NCBI RefSeq assembly: GCF_037042905.1
Contig: NC_087252.1
Coordinates: 22,756,001 to 22,820,000 of the forward strand
DNA from: Lytechinus pictus
Taxonomy: Eukaryota
Length of the DNA: 64,000 bases
Direction of reading: 5' to 3'
In this document: one piece after another, positions 1 through 11,400 of the stretch
Layout of the letters: the number at the start of each line of letters is the position of its first letter
Position numbering within the stretch: the first letter of the stretch is position 1
Notes under the pieces: generated by a model
What the model was told of the DNA's origin: nothing
Databases searched by the model: none
What the model saw: only the letters and a program-made list of their open reading frames with translations
Position numbers and translations under genes: made by a program

Positions 1-90
1 ATCTTAAGAATTTGAGGAGGTTTATTTACTCATACCCCATGCTACATTCATTTTATTTCTATCTTCTCTTATTGATGTATCTTACATTAG

Positions 91-153
91 ATTTGAAATC
101 AGTCAAGCAAGGCAAGGACCTACTGGAGAAAGCAATTAGCAAAACTGACACAA
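91..153 (+). CDS. Internal coding exon of the + strand giant zinc-finger gene ((D)LKSVKQGKDLLEKAISKTDT)
   Basis: Acceptor ttacattag at 82-90, donor gtaagt at 154; 63 nt, phase 1-1, open frame compatible with downstream exons. Confidence 0.65.
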
Positions 154-570
154 GTAAGTTTTGCCCAAGATGATGATGATTATAATACCTTGTTAATAGC
201 ACTGCATGCTTTGAGGTGACATCTCACGGTATTTTACAGATATATTTTACCCGGCCATGTTGTCTCTCCCATGTTTAGAGTAGCCATTCAGACAAGGCCC
301 TGTGTCTGTTATGATATGTTTATATCAACCCCCCCCCCCTCCTTGACTGTAAAAAGACTAATCGCGAAAAGCTGGGTGAATGCGAGCTCAGCCACATGGC
401 CTTTAGAAACTTGACTTGGATCTCTTATGTTAAACCATTGTTTCCCGCTCGTGATCACTACTTGTGAGGTAGCGGCTAATCAGCGAGCGTTTCATTTCGC
501 ATCAATGAACCCATACCATAGATATCGAGGTTGCCATCCTTAATACATATCGTGACTGATTCCTTTTCAG

Positions 571-639
571 GTCCTAATACGTCAACAGAGAAAGCTGCAA
601 GTAGGAAGTCAAGACTAGGTTCTTCAACAACACAAAGAG
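571..639 (+). CDS. Internal coding exon (PNTSTEKAASRKSRLGSSTTQR)
   Basis: Acceptor tccttttcag, donor gtcagt at 640; 69 nt, phase 1-1, open. Confidence 0.6.
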
Positions 640-1090
640 GTCAGTCTTTCACCCAGTTTATATTCATTTGGCCTACAAGCAGTTGGTCCACTTCTAAGAT
701 AGTCTTATACCCCATCATTGAGTGTAATCATTGAGATCGTCTTATACCTATCATTGGTGTAATCACTGAAATAGTTACTAAACATTGTATTGTGTTTTAA
801 ACTTTCTGGTAAGTAGCTCATCAGTGAAATTGATTGAAAAAAATTGAACAGTTTACTTGTGGTATTAGGCTTGACAGTGTTGATGAAAAAAAAACAGGGT
901 CATTACCATTATCTCAGGGGAAGAGAGGGGATGAAGGGGGGGGGGGAGGGAGAGAAAGGGGAAGGGGGCTATAAAAAATGTCCTAAAATATATATCTGTG
1001 AAGATTGTAAGCAATGCCCACACTGAATTTCTTCTTCTTTACTTCTTCCTCAATTTTTCTAAAGATTCTACATGTAAGCACACTGGTCAG

Positions 1091-1530
1091 GTCCACCAGA
1101 TCTTCAAAGGGTCCGGATACCCCGAAGAAAGATTCTGAAGACTTGGTCCTACGGGACAATGACAAGAAGGAGGAGGTTGATGAATTTCTTGTCCCTTTTC
1201 TCTGTCCATTCTTCTAAAGTTCTAATCACTGTAAAAGCTGAATATTCTTTAATTTCTGCTTGCAGCTATCAAATCCACCAAACCTTCAAAGGCTCCAGGT
1301 ACCCCGAAGAATGATTCTGAAGACTTGGTCCTACGTGACAATGACAAGAAGGAGGAGGTTGAAGAATTTCTTGTCCCTTTTCTCTGTCCATTCAAATCAC
1401 TAAAAAGCTGAATATTCTTTCATTTCTGCTTGCAGCTATCAAATCCACCAAACCTTCAAAGGCTCCAGGTACTCCGAAGAAAGATTCTGAAGACTTGGTC
1501 CTACTGGACAATGACGAGGAGGAGGATGAT
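1091..1530 (+). repeat. Three-copy tandem duplication (~170 bp period) of the 5' part of an exon, two copies with the acceptor
   Basis: tccacc..tcaaagg..ccgaaga..gattctgaagacttggtccta..gacaatgac repeated at ~1092, ~1274 and ~1444. Confidence 0.85.
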
Positions 1531-1630
1531 GATGATGTCAGGTTGGCCGGTAGCGGCAGCAGCAAGCATACCACCTGGTCTCTGAAAGCTGATTCAGATG
1601 ATGACCTTGGAGACACAGAGGCTGCACCAG
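1436..1630 (+). CDS. Internal coding exon, acidic low-complexity (IKSTKPSKAPGTPKKDSEDLVLLDNDEEEDDDD...DTEAAP)
   Basis: Acceptor tttctgcttgcag, donor cag|gtacct; 195 nt, phase 1-1, open; third and only complete copy of a local triplication. Confidence 0.65.
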
Positions 1631-2188
1631 GTACCTAATTTGCCAAAGCCACTTGCGATTAAATTGCATTACTTCAGCAGCTTATAACTGTCGCTGTTAA
1701 AGAATTTTTATAAAGACTTACTGTTGTAACTTTGCCACCATCGTAACTAAAAACCCGGATTTTGGTTGGCTGTTGGGCCCCCATTACCATGGTAGTTGCC
1801 AATGTGGCAAAGTTACAACAGTTGCTGTTTGTCCTTTATGAACTGGGCCCATGGGGTTTGGTGATAGGGATATTCCAGAGCATTTCATCGACACTTGTCA
1901 TCTTACAAGTCGTCACATCTGACAACTTACTTGATTTTGATTGGCTGAGAAGCACCTTTACCATGGCAATAGTCTGATAAAAGAGGTTTTGTCAGCTAAA
2001 ACGTCTGACCTTTTATGAAATGTTCCCCAGGGGAGCATTCTAAGGAAGAAATTTGTCAGCCAATCAGATGCAAGGATTTCCAGTTGCTGGGATCGACTAT
2101 TGGTGAGAATCACTGACAAAAACCTTCACGAAATGCTCCCCATGTTACCTTCCGTAACAACCTCATCAAAATATGAAGTTGGCTGTTT

Positions 2189-2555
2189 CACATCGCACAA
2201 TGATCATCCCTGCACTGAGTCACATGAGAAGCCAGTTAATAGGATATGGTTAGTACCAAAAGATCTGAAATCTAGCGCTGATTTAAGATGTACTTAACAG
2301 TTTGACAAGTAGTCTTGCATTTTGGTCCAAAGAGTGGAAGTCAAGAAGCTTTAGGATGTCTTTCTTAGCATAATACTCACATCACACAATGTATATTCCC
2401 GCACTGAGTCAAATACACAATCACTCCATAGATGCTGAAAAGTCAATTAAAATATATGGTTAGTACCAAAAAATCTCAAATATGATTTTGACATGCACTC
2501 TCGCATTTTGGTTCAAAGAGTGGAAGTCAGTAAGCTTTAGGATGTATTTCTTAGC
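2189..2555 (+). repeat. Diverged direct duplication of ~180 bp
   Basis: gcactgagtca...atggttagtaccaaaa...caaagagtggaagtca..agctttaggatgt..ttcttagc occurs twice (~2189-2369 and ~2378-2555). Confidence 0.75.
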
Positions 2556-3447
2556 GTTGTTTTTGTTTTGCATGCAAGCTAATGTATTGCCTATTTTTGG
2601 TTATGGGTATATTTTGTTGATATTTTTGTAAATGTGCTGTATTTTCGCTGTATGTTATAGAGTTTAATAGATTTTTTTTTTTATATAGAATTTGAACCTT
2701 GTTTGTGTTTTCACAAATTGCATGACTCATTCTCTTCTTTACACTTAATCCTGTTAGATATTTATGAGCTTCATTTTCATATTTGCATTATATATACTTT
2801 ACTTTTAATTGAATTCAATTCAAAAATGATAATATACAATATTTTCTTACCTCATTGTAAATGCATTATTTCAGACTTTTTTTAGTCTTTTCAATGAAAA
2901 TTGCATGTGAACACTTGCCCATCATCAAAATTTTTGCACTTTATAGTATAATAAAAAAATTTGCCTAGATCTGCCAGCCATAGATTATTCTAAATTTGAC
3001 ACAGAATCAGCCTCACATAACCTTGTATATACTTACCACAAAGCAATCATGCATACAGTACACACAGGCATAGAGGGAGACACACAATACCCCCCCCATG
3101 CCAATCCATCCCCAAGAGCTTAATCTAAAGGCCTTTACACATCATGTGATTGGTCAATGATCTACTGATCTGTATACATACTGGATAGGCGGTCAAGCGG
3201 CATGGACTAAAGCCGGTGCCTGCCATCTTAGGAACACCAATGCAGCTACATGTACATGTAGTCTTCAGATCAGTGGGCAAGACTGGACGAGATAGAGTCC
3301 TTGGTCCTGCTTCATAAAAGAATTGTTATAATAAAAGATGCAGTATTTCCAAAACAAGTCTACCATCAGCCAATGAAATTGAATGATCTCAGTAGCTTTA
3401 GAACTGCAAATTTGTTATTTTAACATGTTTTATAAAATGGATCCCTG

Positions 3448-3677
3448 GGCCCCATCTTACAAAGAGTTGCGATTGATCCAATCAATCACAGCTATGGATG
3501 GTCAGCAACGTCAACATCTACTATGCATGTTTGTTCAAAATATTTACTATGATGTAAATTCATTCAAAGTTACAAAGGGCATTAGGCGAATTTCCTGTAG
3601 AAAAAAATTTGACACAGATGGATTTCCATAGAGTTACGATTGATTGGATCAATCTTAACACTTCGTAAGATGGGTAC
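3448..3677. mobile_element. MITE with GG termini and CWG target (PIF/Harbinger-like); related copies at ~32121-32392 and ~60194-60477
   Basis: TIR ggccccatcttacaaagagttgcgattgatcc / ggatcaatc..taagatgggtacc; three copies share internal sequence (cagcaacgtcaac). Confidence 0.75.
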
Positions 3678-3783
3678 CAGATGTAGGATTGTAATCTGGC
3701 TTGTCAGCATGTCTCTCCGTCTCTCATGCTTTGTAGAGACCCTAATGCTGTGTTCTTCTCTTCCTCTGTTTTTTTTGGTTCAG

Positions 3784-3840
3784 ACCCTGTGGTGTGCACG
3801 TGGTTTGAAGATGTACAAGATTGGGCGGAGGGGTTAATAG
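3784..3840 (+). CDS. Internal coding exon ((D)PVVCTWFEDVQDWAEGLI)
   Basis: Long pyrimidine tract plus cag acceptor, donor gtgagc; 57 nt, phase 1-1. Confidence 0.65.
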
Positions 3841-5195
3841 GTGAGCTGAATGCTGAATGCATGTGATACTCCCGTTAACACTTCAAATACCAGACTAACA
3901 ATTTGTCAAAATTATACCTTGATTTATACCCATTCATCATTATATGAAGGGTTGATGGATGCGATAGAATACATGCGGTATTCTATTTAATTTCATTTAT
4001 TTTATCTAAATATTACCAAACTAACAATATGTGAAAGGGTACTTCCTATCCCCCCCAAAAAAAAAAAATTTAATAATATATGAAAAAAAAATGAAAATGA
4101 ATAAAAATATATATTTAGGAGTGTAAAAACAAAATAGAGTTAAAAGAAAAAGATAGATAAAAAAGAAATTAATAACAGTTTGAAATACTACTGAAAAGTT
4201 TAAAATTATCTTTGAATTATTTGCTCATTTTGCTGTGTATTAGGTTCTTGGAAAATTTTGTGAATGATTTTCACAGATTTTAACAGAAAGTCTTGTAATC
4301 TGTTTAATACTTATGCAAAGAAAAAGGTAGCAAAAGTCTGTCCTGTAGTAAAAATCATATAAAGTGTTTCTTGAACCGCTTGTCAAAAATGTTTTGTTAA
4401 CTTGAAAGGGTGTTTTTTACTTTTCAGAAATCAAAACTTCCTCTTCACACTATTGATATTAAACATCTAACATTATAAAGTTGGTTACGAATTTTGTGCT
4501 AACATTAGTCTTCAAGCCAATGATCTCATTCATCCCAATCTTGGTGTGTAGAAAGAAATCTATACGTCTATTATTCTTGCACTAGAGTACATTGCATGAT
4601 TTTCAACTACATGTCAACGAAGTTATGCACAATTTTATGTCCATGTGATAGACTGCATGCTTTAGAATCTATATTTAGATGATAATTCTACCACTACCAT
4701 TGTGATGCAATACACATTGGCATACTTTGGGGCATGTCCAAACCATATCTTTTCCTTTTCATTAACCTGTTAGAGACTGATCCTGTGCATATATGAGTGC
4801 TGGAGTCTATGGAAAACATGTGTTGTAGCAAAATTGTCCAGTCTCCAACGGGTTAATCAAGGAAATTGCTCTGCTCAAGGTTGAATATATTATATGCACG
4901 GTTTCAACCACTCTTTTAAATAATTTTTGTTCATTTAATATTGGTTGATGTTTGGAAACATAGCAGTATGTATTCGGGCACAGAAAATCTTGGACATGTC
5001 TCTGAACCACAAGTTAATCTTATAATTATACTTATTTAGCACAATTATTTGGCACAATGTATATTACACTCACTCACGGTGCCCAAGTGGGCAGGTTGGA
5101 CATGTGGGGCTCTTGACACAAAACTCAGTGATTGATCATAGAGTAAATTTCATGATTGATTGCTGATAATGATCACAGTAATCAAGTGTCAATAT

Positions 5196-6890
5196 GCTAC
5201 AGCCACACTGGTGAAACCGACTCAAGGTGGGCGTTTCATAAAGCTGTTTGTAAGTTAAGAGAGATTTTAAGAATGACTGGTGATCCTTTCTTGTGGTTAA
5301 TGGTATGCACCAAAAAGTTTATTGGCGATGGTTTAGCGCATATGAAAGGTTCACCAGTCGTTCTTAAAGTCGCTCTTAACTTACGAACAGCTTTATGAAA
5401 CGGCCCGCAGACCAACATGGCTATTACTGTATGTTGATATCAATGACATAAAATCAGTTGGTTTGGAGTAGATTTCACTATTTTAGCCTGGCAAAACGGA
5501 CTCCAGACTGACAAGGAACAGACAACAAGAAAGTTTGGAGTAGATCTTACCATTACACACAGGCAAAACCGACTCCAGACCTACCAAGGATATTACATTG
5601 TTACCAATGACATACAATTGATCGGTTTGGAGTTGATTTCACTGTTACACACTGGTGAAACCAACCCCAGACTGACAAGTATAATACATTGCCACCAATG
5701 ACAATGGGCCAGTTTGGAGTATATTTCACCGCAACATATTGGTGGAACCAGCTCCAGTCCAACGCATTGTTACAAATGACATACCATCAGCCGGTTTGGA
5801 GTAGATTTCACTGTAGCATAAGACCAAATGGTCAGCACCAAGATGGCTAGAAGATCCATTCCTGGAGGCTGTTTCATAAAGCTGTTCGTAAGTTAAGAGT
5901 GACTTTTAGCACTGGTGATCCTTTCTTGTGGTAAATGATATTCACCATTAATGTTCATTGGTGATTATTTAGCACGTAAGAAAAGTTCACCAGCCGTTCT
6001 TAAAGTCGCTCTTAACTTACGAACAGCTTTATGAAACACCCACCAGGGGGCCTGTAACAAAAAGCTTAGCCATCAAGCTGACACTATGAGTCACCATTCT
6101 TTGAATCACTATTACCTGTTTCAACCAGAGAACAATAGATTTGGTTCACTGATTCTATTCTCTGGCTGAAACAGGTAATAGTCAAAGAATTGTGACTCGT
6201 AGTGTCAGCTTAATGGCTAAGCTTTTTGTTACAGGCCCCCTGGTGGGTGTTTCGTAAGTTAAGAGCGACTTTAAGAACGGCTGGTGAACTTTTCTTACGC
6301 GCTAAATAATCTCCAATGAACATTAATGGTGAATATCATTTACCACAAGAAAGGATCACCAGTTCTAAAAGTCACTCTTAACTTACGAACAGCTTTATGA
6401 AACGGCCTCCAGGAATGGATCTTCATCTTGGTGCTGACCATTTGGTCTTATGCTACAGTGAAATCTACTCCAAACCGGCTGATGGTATGTCATTTGTAAC
6501 AATGCGTTGGACTGGAGCTGGTTCCACCAATATGTAGTGGTGAAATATACTCCAAACTGGCCCATTGTCATTGGTGGCAACGTATTACTCTTTGTCGGTC
6601 TGGGGTCGGTTTCACCAGTGTGTAACAATGAAATCAACTCCAAACCGACTGATAGGCTGTCATTGATAACAACTTAATATCCTTGGTCGGTCTGGAGTCT
6701 CTTTCGCCAGTGTGTAACAGTGAAATCTGCTCCAAACTGACTCATTGTCTGTTCCTTGTCAGTCTGGAGTCGGTTTCGCCAGTGTGAAATAGTGAAATCT
6801 ACTCCAAACCAACTGATTTTATGTCATTGATAACAACATACAGTAATAGCCATGTCGGTCTGGAGTCGGTTTCACCAGTGTGGCCGTAGC
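5196..6890. repeat. ~1.7-kb intronic palindrome (inverted duplication) with modular subrepeats and mirrored MITEs
   Basis: Arms ~5196-6133 and ~6166-6890 are reverse complements; subrepeat ggtttggagtagatttcact..gaaaccgactccagac. Confidence 0.9.
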
Positions 6891-6916
6891 TTAATTCCCG
6901 GGTTATCTAACACTAG

Positions 6917-7100
6917 GGGCCGTTTCATAAAGCTGTGCGTAAGTTAAGAGAGACTGAAAGAACAACTGGTGATCCTTTCTTGTGGTACATAATTTTCACC
7001 ACTAAATGTTCATTGGTGATTATTCAGTGCACAAGAAAGGTTCACCAGTCGTTCTTAAAAGTCGCTCTGAACTTACGAACAGCTTTATGAAATGCCCACC
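6917..7100. mobile_element. ~180-bp MITE (tttcataaagctg.gtaagttaagag TIR family); other copies at ~5229-5408, ~5863-6044 and ~6241-6411
   Basis: TIRs gtttcataaagctg..taagttaagag / ctcttaacttacgaacagctttatgaaa; four copies within 2 kb. Confidence 0.8.
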
Positions 7101-7515
7101 TGGGATGTAGAAGAGGACGGTACTTCTGTGGAACAAGGTCCCTGGAGAAAACATTTTTCCATAGACTTTTGTGACTTGTCCAAGGCCAAGGCTGGCAAAA
7201 TTTGTATTGATGCCGGCTTCAACTACATCCCTGCTTAACACCCTATAGTAAACCCATATTTCCTCTTGTTGATGTGGTATAATTATGATTTGGTCCATTC
7301 TTTATCCACTACCATATTCAGCTAATGATGTCCCAGAACCACTAAGACATTCAACCATATACACACTGGGAAAAGACAAATTCACTTGCTAAAATTCTAA
7401 ACGGCATAATACTAATAATGTTATTCTAACTTGTTCAACTTTATTTCGAACGTTAACTATGCACACTTCTGTAATATGGTAGACCTGATTTTCTTTTCTT
7501 CTTGTACTTCTACAG

Positions 7516-7590
7516 ATCTTGATGATGGTGAAGATGATGATGAGGTCAAAGGAAGCAGTGGGAAGCTGTCACCTGAACAGGATGACAATG
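7516..7590 (+). CDS. Internal coding exon ((D)LDDGEDDDEVKGSSGKLSPEQDDN)
   Basis: Acceptor tacttctacag, donor gtaaat; 75 nt, phase 1-1; joins 8402 in frame (G+AA = Glu). Confidence 0.75.
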
Positions 7591-8401
7591 GTAAATTTCT
7601 GTCATATATTCACTTTTATTGATTTATAATCATATATTAACTTTGCATCATTTGAAGTGTTTAAGTGATTTTGGCAGTAAAGTCATACAGTTATATTTAC
7701 GATGAGCATTAATTACACTTGAAGGTCTTTATTCAGGACTTTTTGCATTTACTACGGGGAAACTCTCTACAACGCCCCAATTCCTTTGAAATTGTAAGTC
7801 AATTGACATACGGTGCAAATCTTGGGATGATCTGCTATCCCAGTCCACCAACTTTCGACAAAAGCCTCTCAGCTCTCCACTGTGATTTTAATTGCATTTT
7901 CAAAGGAATCAATACGGTGTAGAGGGTTTCCCCGTAGGAAATGGGGAAAATCTCTATTCTCTGGTTAAGTGAGCATTACTTGAATACAAATATAGTCTCA
8001 AAAGGTGCACTAGACTTGAAAGAAAGAAGAAAAGTCATGAAATAATGAGGCATGAGCTCTTCATATTACAGATTCTTCGCCAAAATATGTTGGGGTTCTC
8101 TGAACTCAAATAGTGGCCACTGGAGACTGGTTCTATAATACATGTTCATTTCAAAAGAAAGACAATTTGTTGACCATTAAAGACAGGTTTTACTGTACAA
8201 CAGAATGTATGAGTGATTGCTTGACAGAGATGCCCAAACTTTTAAAAATTGATCTGCTTGTTTGCTGTAAATTATCCTGTTGTGATATTACCTTTACCAT
8301 TCGTAAAGAAAACATAAAGTATTAACATTTTTTTTCAAACAGTGTCTGAATGAATTTTTTCATATATTTGTCTCACTTTCTTCATCTACCCTGTATTTCA
8401 G

Positions 8402-11400
8402 AACTCGAGTGGCATCTCTGCCATGAATGTGGACAACTCTTTGATGAAGAGGAACTTCTGGAGATTCATGTTGCTGCTCGTCACACTGTAGGAGGTAAAC
8501 CGGTGAACAAGAAAGAGGCTTCTACCAAAGATTCTGCTGATGGAACTGCTTCCTCGAGCTCTAAAGACAAGGGGTCCAAGACAAAGGTTGGCAGCAGTAA
8601 AGAACAGAAGCAGAGGACTGTCCAAGAGATCAAGAAGAACTCAAAGGATACAAAAGGAGAGAAGGTGAAAGACCAGAGCAATGATGTTGGTACTGCTAGG
8701 ACTTGTAACATATTTGACAAATTTGGCCCAGTTCCTGGAAAAGTAACAACTTTAAATGAAGTCGGTGATGCAGTAGAGGTAATTGATTCTGAGGATGTGG
8801 ATGAAACTGGAGCAAAGGAGGGGGCCTTGAAAGACAATGATATCATGGCCATAGATGAACATTTGCCTTCTACAAATCCAGATCTTGATGCGAAAGAGGA
8901 TGATGTCGAAGAAATAGGAAATGAGCAATTTGCCACAATTTCAACCGTTGGAGACTTCATTCAGGAAGATGACACAGCAGATATTGACCAAGTGCAAACT
9001 GGTTCTCATCTTGGAGGTTTCAACTCCGATGCCAGTGTGAACATTGAGAAAGAAATAGTGGAAGTGATTCCTGGAGATGAGGATGACAGTCTGGTCGACC
9101 CCTCGGCCGGTAGGAAGATTGAAGATGGAATGTCTCAACAGGCATGGAGGCAATATATCTGCAACATCTGTAGGAAGGCATGTCACAACAAAGAGGCTCT
9201 TGAAGAACACCAGAAGTCGCATCCATTATTTCAGTGTTCCATATGCTTTGTGTCATTCATTAGTGAGGAAAGTCTTCGGCAGCATGAGGTAGATCATAAA
9301 GAAAAGCCATTCTTCTGCGGTACATGTGGAAAAACATACAAAAGTCAGTCCAGCTTGAAAGAACACGAGTACAGCCACACTGGCCATCGACCCTTTGTGT
9401 GTCCCTACTGTCCAAAAGGCTTCATGCGTAACAAAAAGTTGAAAGTGCATATCAAGAAACATCATAAGAACTTAATCCGTGCTGCTCGGAAGCCCCCACC
9501 ACCCCCATTAGTTCTATCAGAGAATCAGTTTGATGGTTCTGCTTCAGTGTCTGATGTGGACATGGAATTTTTTGACAGAGAGACTTTGAAGGAACAAGAA
9601 TCAGGCTGTGGTCAAGCATACTCCACTCTAAAAAATTCCAGTGATCAGTCGGAGTTCAAATGCGACACCTGCAGCCAGAGTTTCCCTTCTAAGTCAGTTC
9701 TAGAACGCCACTCTAAAGTTCACCAATTCTATGGAAGTACATCGAGTATATCTGCAAGTTCTGTTGTTTCTTCTCAGGATAGTGCAAGTATAGATGATAT
9801 GTCTGCAGAGACAGGCACCTATCCTGAAGAGATGAGGTCAGCGCGACCATTCAAATGCCAACTCTGTGATTCAACATTTCTTGAGGAAGCTCACTTGCAA
9901 ATTCATGTAGAGATTCATAGCATGGATGGACCTTGGGGTTGTGTGATATGCAAAAGGAAGCTCAAGCAGAGAGCACATCTCCTGGAACATGTCTATGTCC
10001 ATTGGGGTTACAAACCCTTTGCTTGCCGCTATTGTCCGACGGACTTCATGAGAGCCTATGATGCTGAGAGACACATGCTATCACACAAACAACGGCGCGG
10101 GAGAAGAGAAGAGCCCGGACAGAGGGCAAACATTGACCTGGATGGTAGCAATGCTGGCCAAGTTAATGATGCCAAGGCATCCATTCTTGAAGATCTGTTA
10201 ACAAAACCACAATCTCATAATGACGACATCAATGAGGAAAAGGGTGGAATGTTCAAGGACTTGGGTGATTCCATAGCCCCACTGCCTGTCGTTCCTCTGA
10301 GATGTCCCGATGATGGAAAGAACAGACCTTACGCTTGTGAATTATGTGACAGAGCATTTACTGCTAAATCCTCGCTGAGAGAGCATCTCTTCTTACATTT
10401 TGGGAAGCCGTATCCCTGTGATTTTTGTGAAAGACAATTCACAAGGAAAACCTACCTTATTAGCCATATGAAAGAAGTCCACCCTGAGGCAGACACCTCT
10501 GCAATTGAAGATAGTGTTCTAGATGGGAAATATGAAGAGCTGATCAACAAAGCACTTGACCGGCATCAATCTATGGACCAAAAGAAGATATCTCAGCCTG
10601 ATGTGATCACCGACTCTAACTCAAATCGGCCATATGCCTGCAAAATTTGTGATAAACGTTTTCAGTTCTCATACACTCTCAAGAAGCACATGCAAGCCCA
10701 CATCAAGCTGAAGCCGCTCCTGTGTGATTTCTGTGAGAGGCGGTTTGTAAGACAGAGCTACCTGGATGAGCATATAAAGAACCAACATCCTCCAGGTTCA
10801 AGATCCAAAGACCCCAATAAGCCCTTCAAATGCGAGATCTGTGACTTGACTTTTTCCAAGCGGGCTTATCTCAAGGATCACCGCTTCAGGCACAAACTCA
10901 AGAAGCCATTCCCTTGCAGCTTCTGTACCAAGAGCTTCCGTCGGAAATGTCTCCTGCTTATGCATACCTCTCGCCATCATCCTAATGAGCATCAGCTGAT
11001 GGCTTCCAACCAACCTAAAGCAGCTCCTGCTCAACATTCACCAGGCTCAAGCTCAAAAACCTTGAAAATAAAGCTGCCATTCCAAAAACAGATGTCTCCA
11101 GCTTCTTCCCAGTCTAATCTGACAAGAGACCCGCTAATGTGTCGTGAATGTGGTGCCACGTTCTCATCTGTTGCCAATGTTCGGAGGCACATGCGCATCC
11201 ACAGTGGAGAGCGTCCATTCAAATGCAAATTCTGCTCATGGTCCTTCAATCGAAAGGAGGTTTGGCGAGGTCACATGAAGAAGAAACATGCAGGGGAGTT
11301 GCGGGCTTCAAGGAATAAAGCAAATGTAGGTCTTGGCAAGATCAAGAAGGAAGGTTTTAACTGTGACAAGTGTGAAGGATCATTCAAGAGTAATTACGCA

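Noticed and set aside
8350..8401. ATG at 8350 as the start of the 3135-aa ORF
   Set aside because: The first 17 codons are a pyrimidine tract ending in a canonical acceptor, and in-phase upstream exons exist
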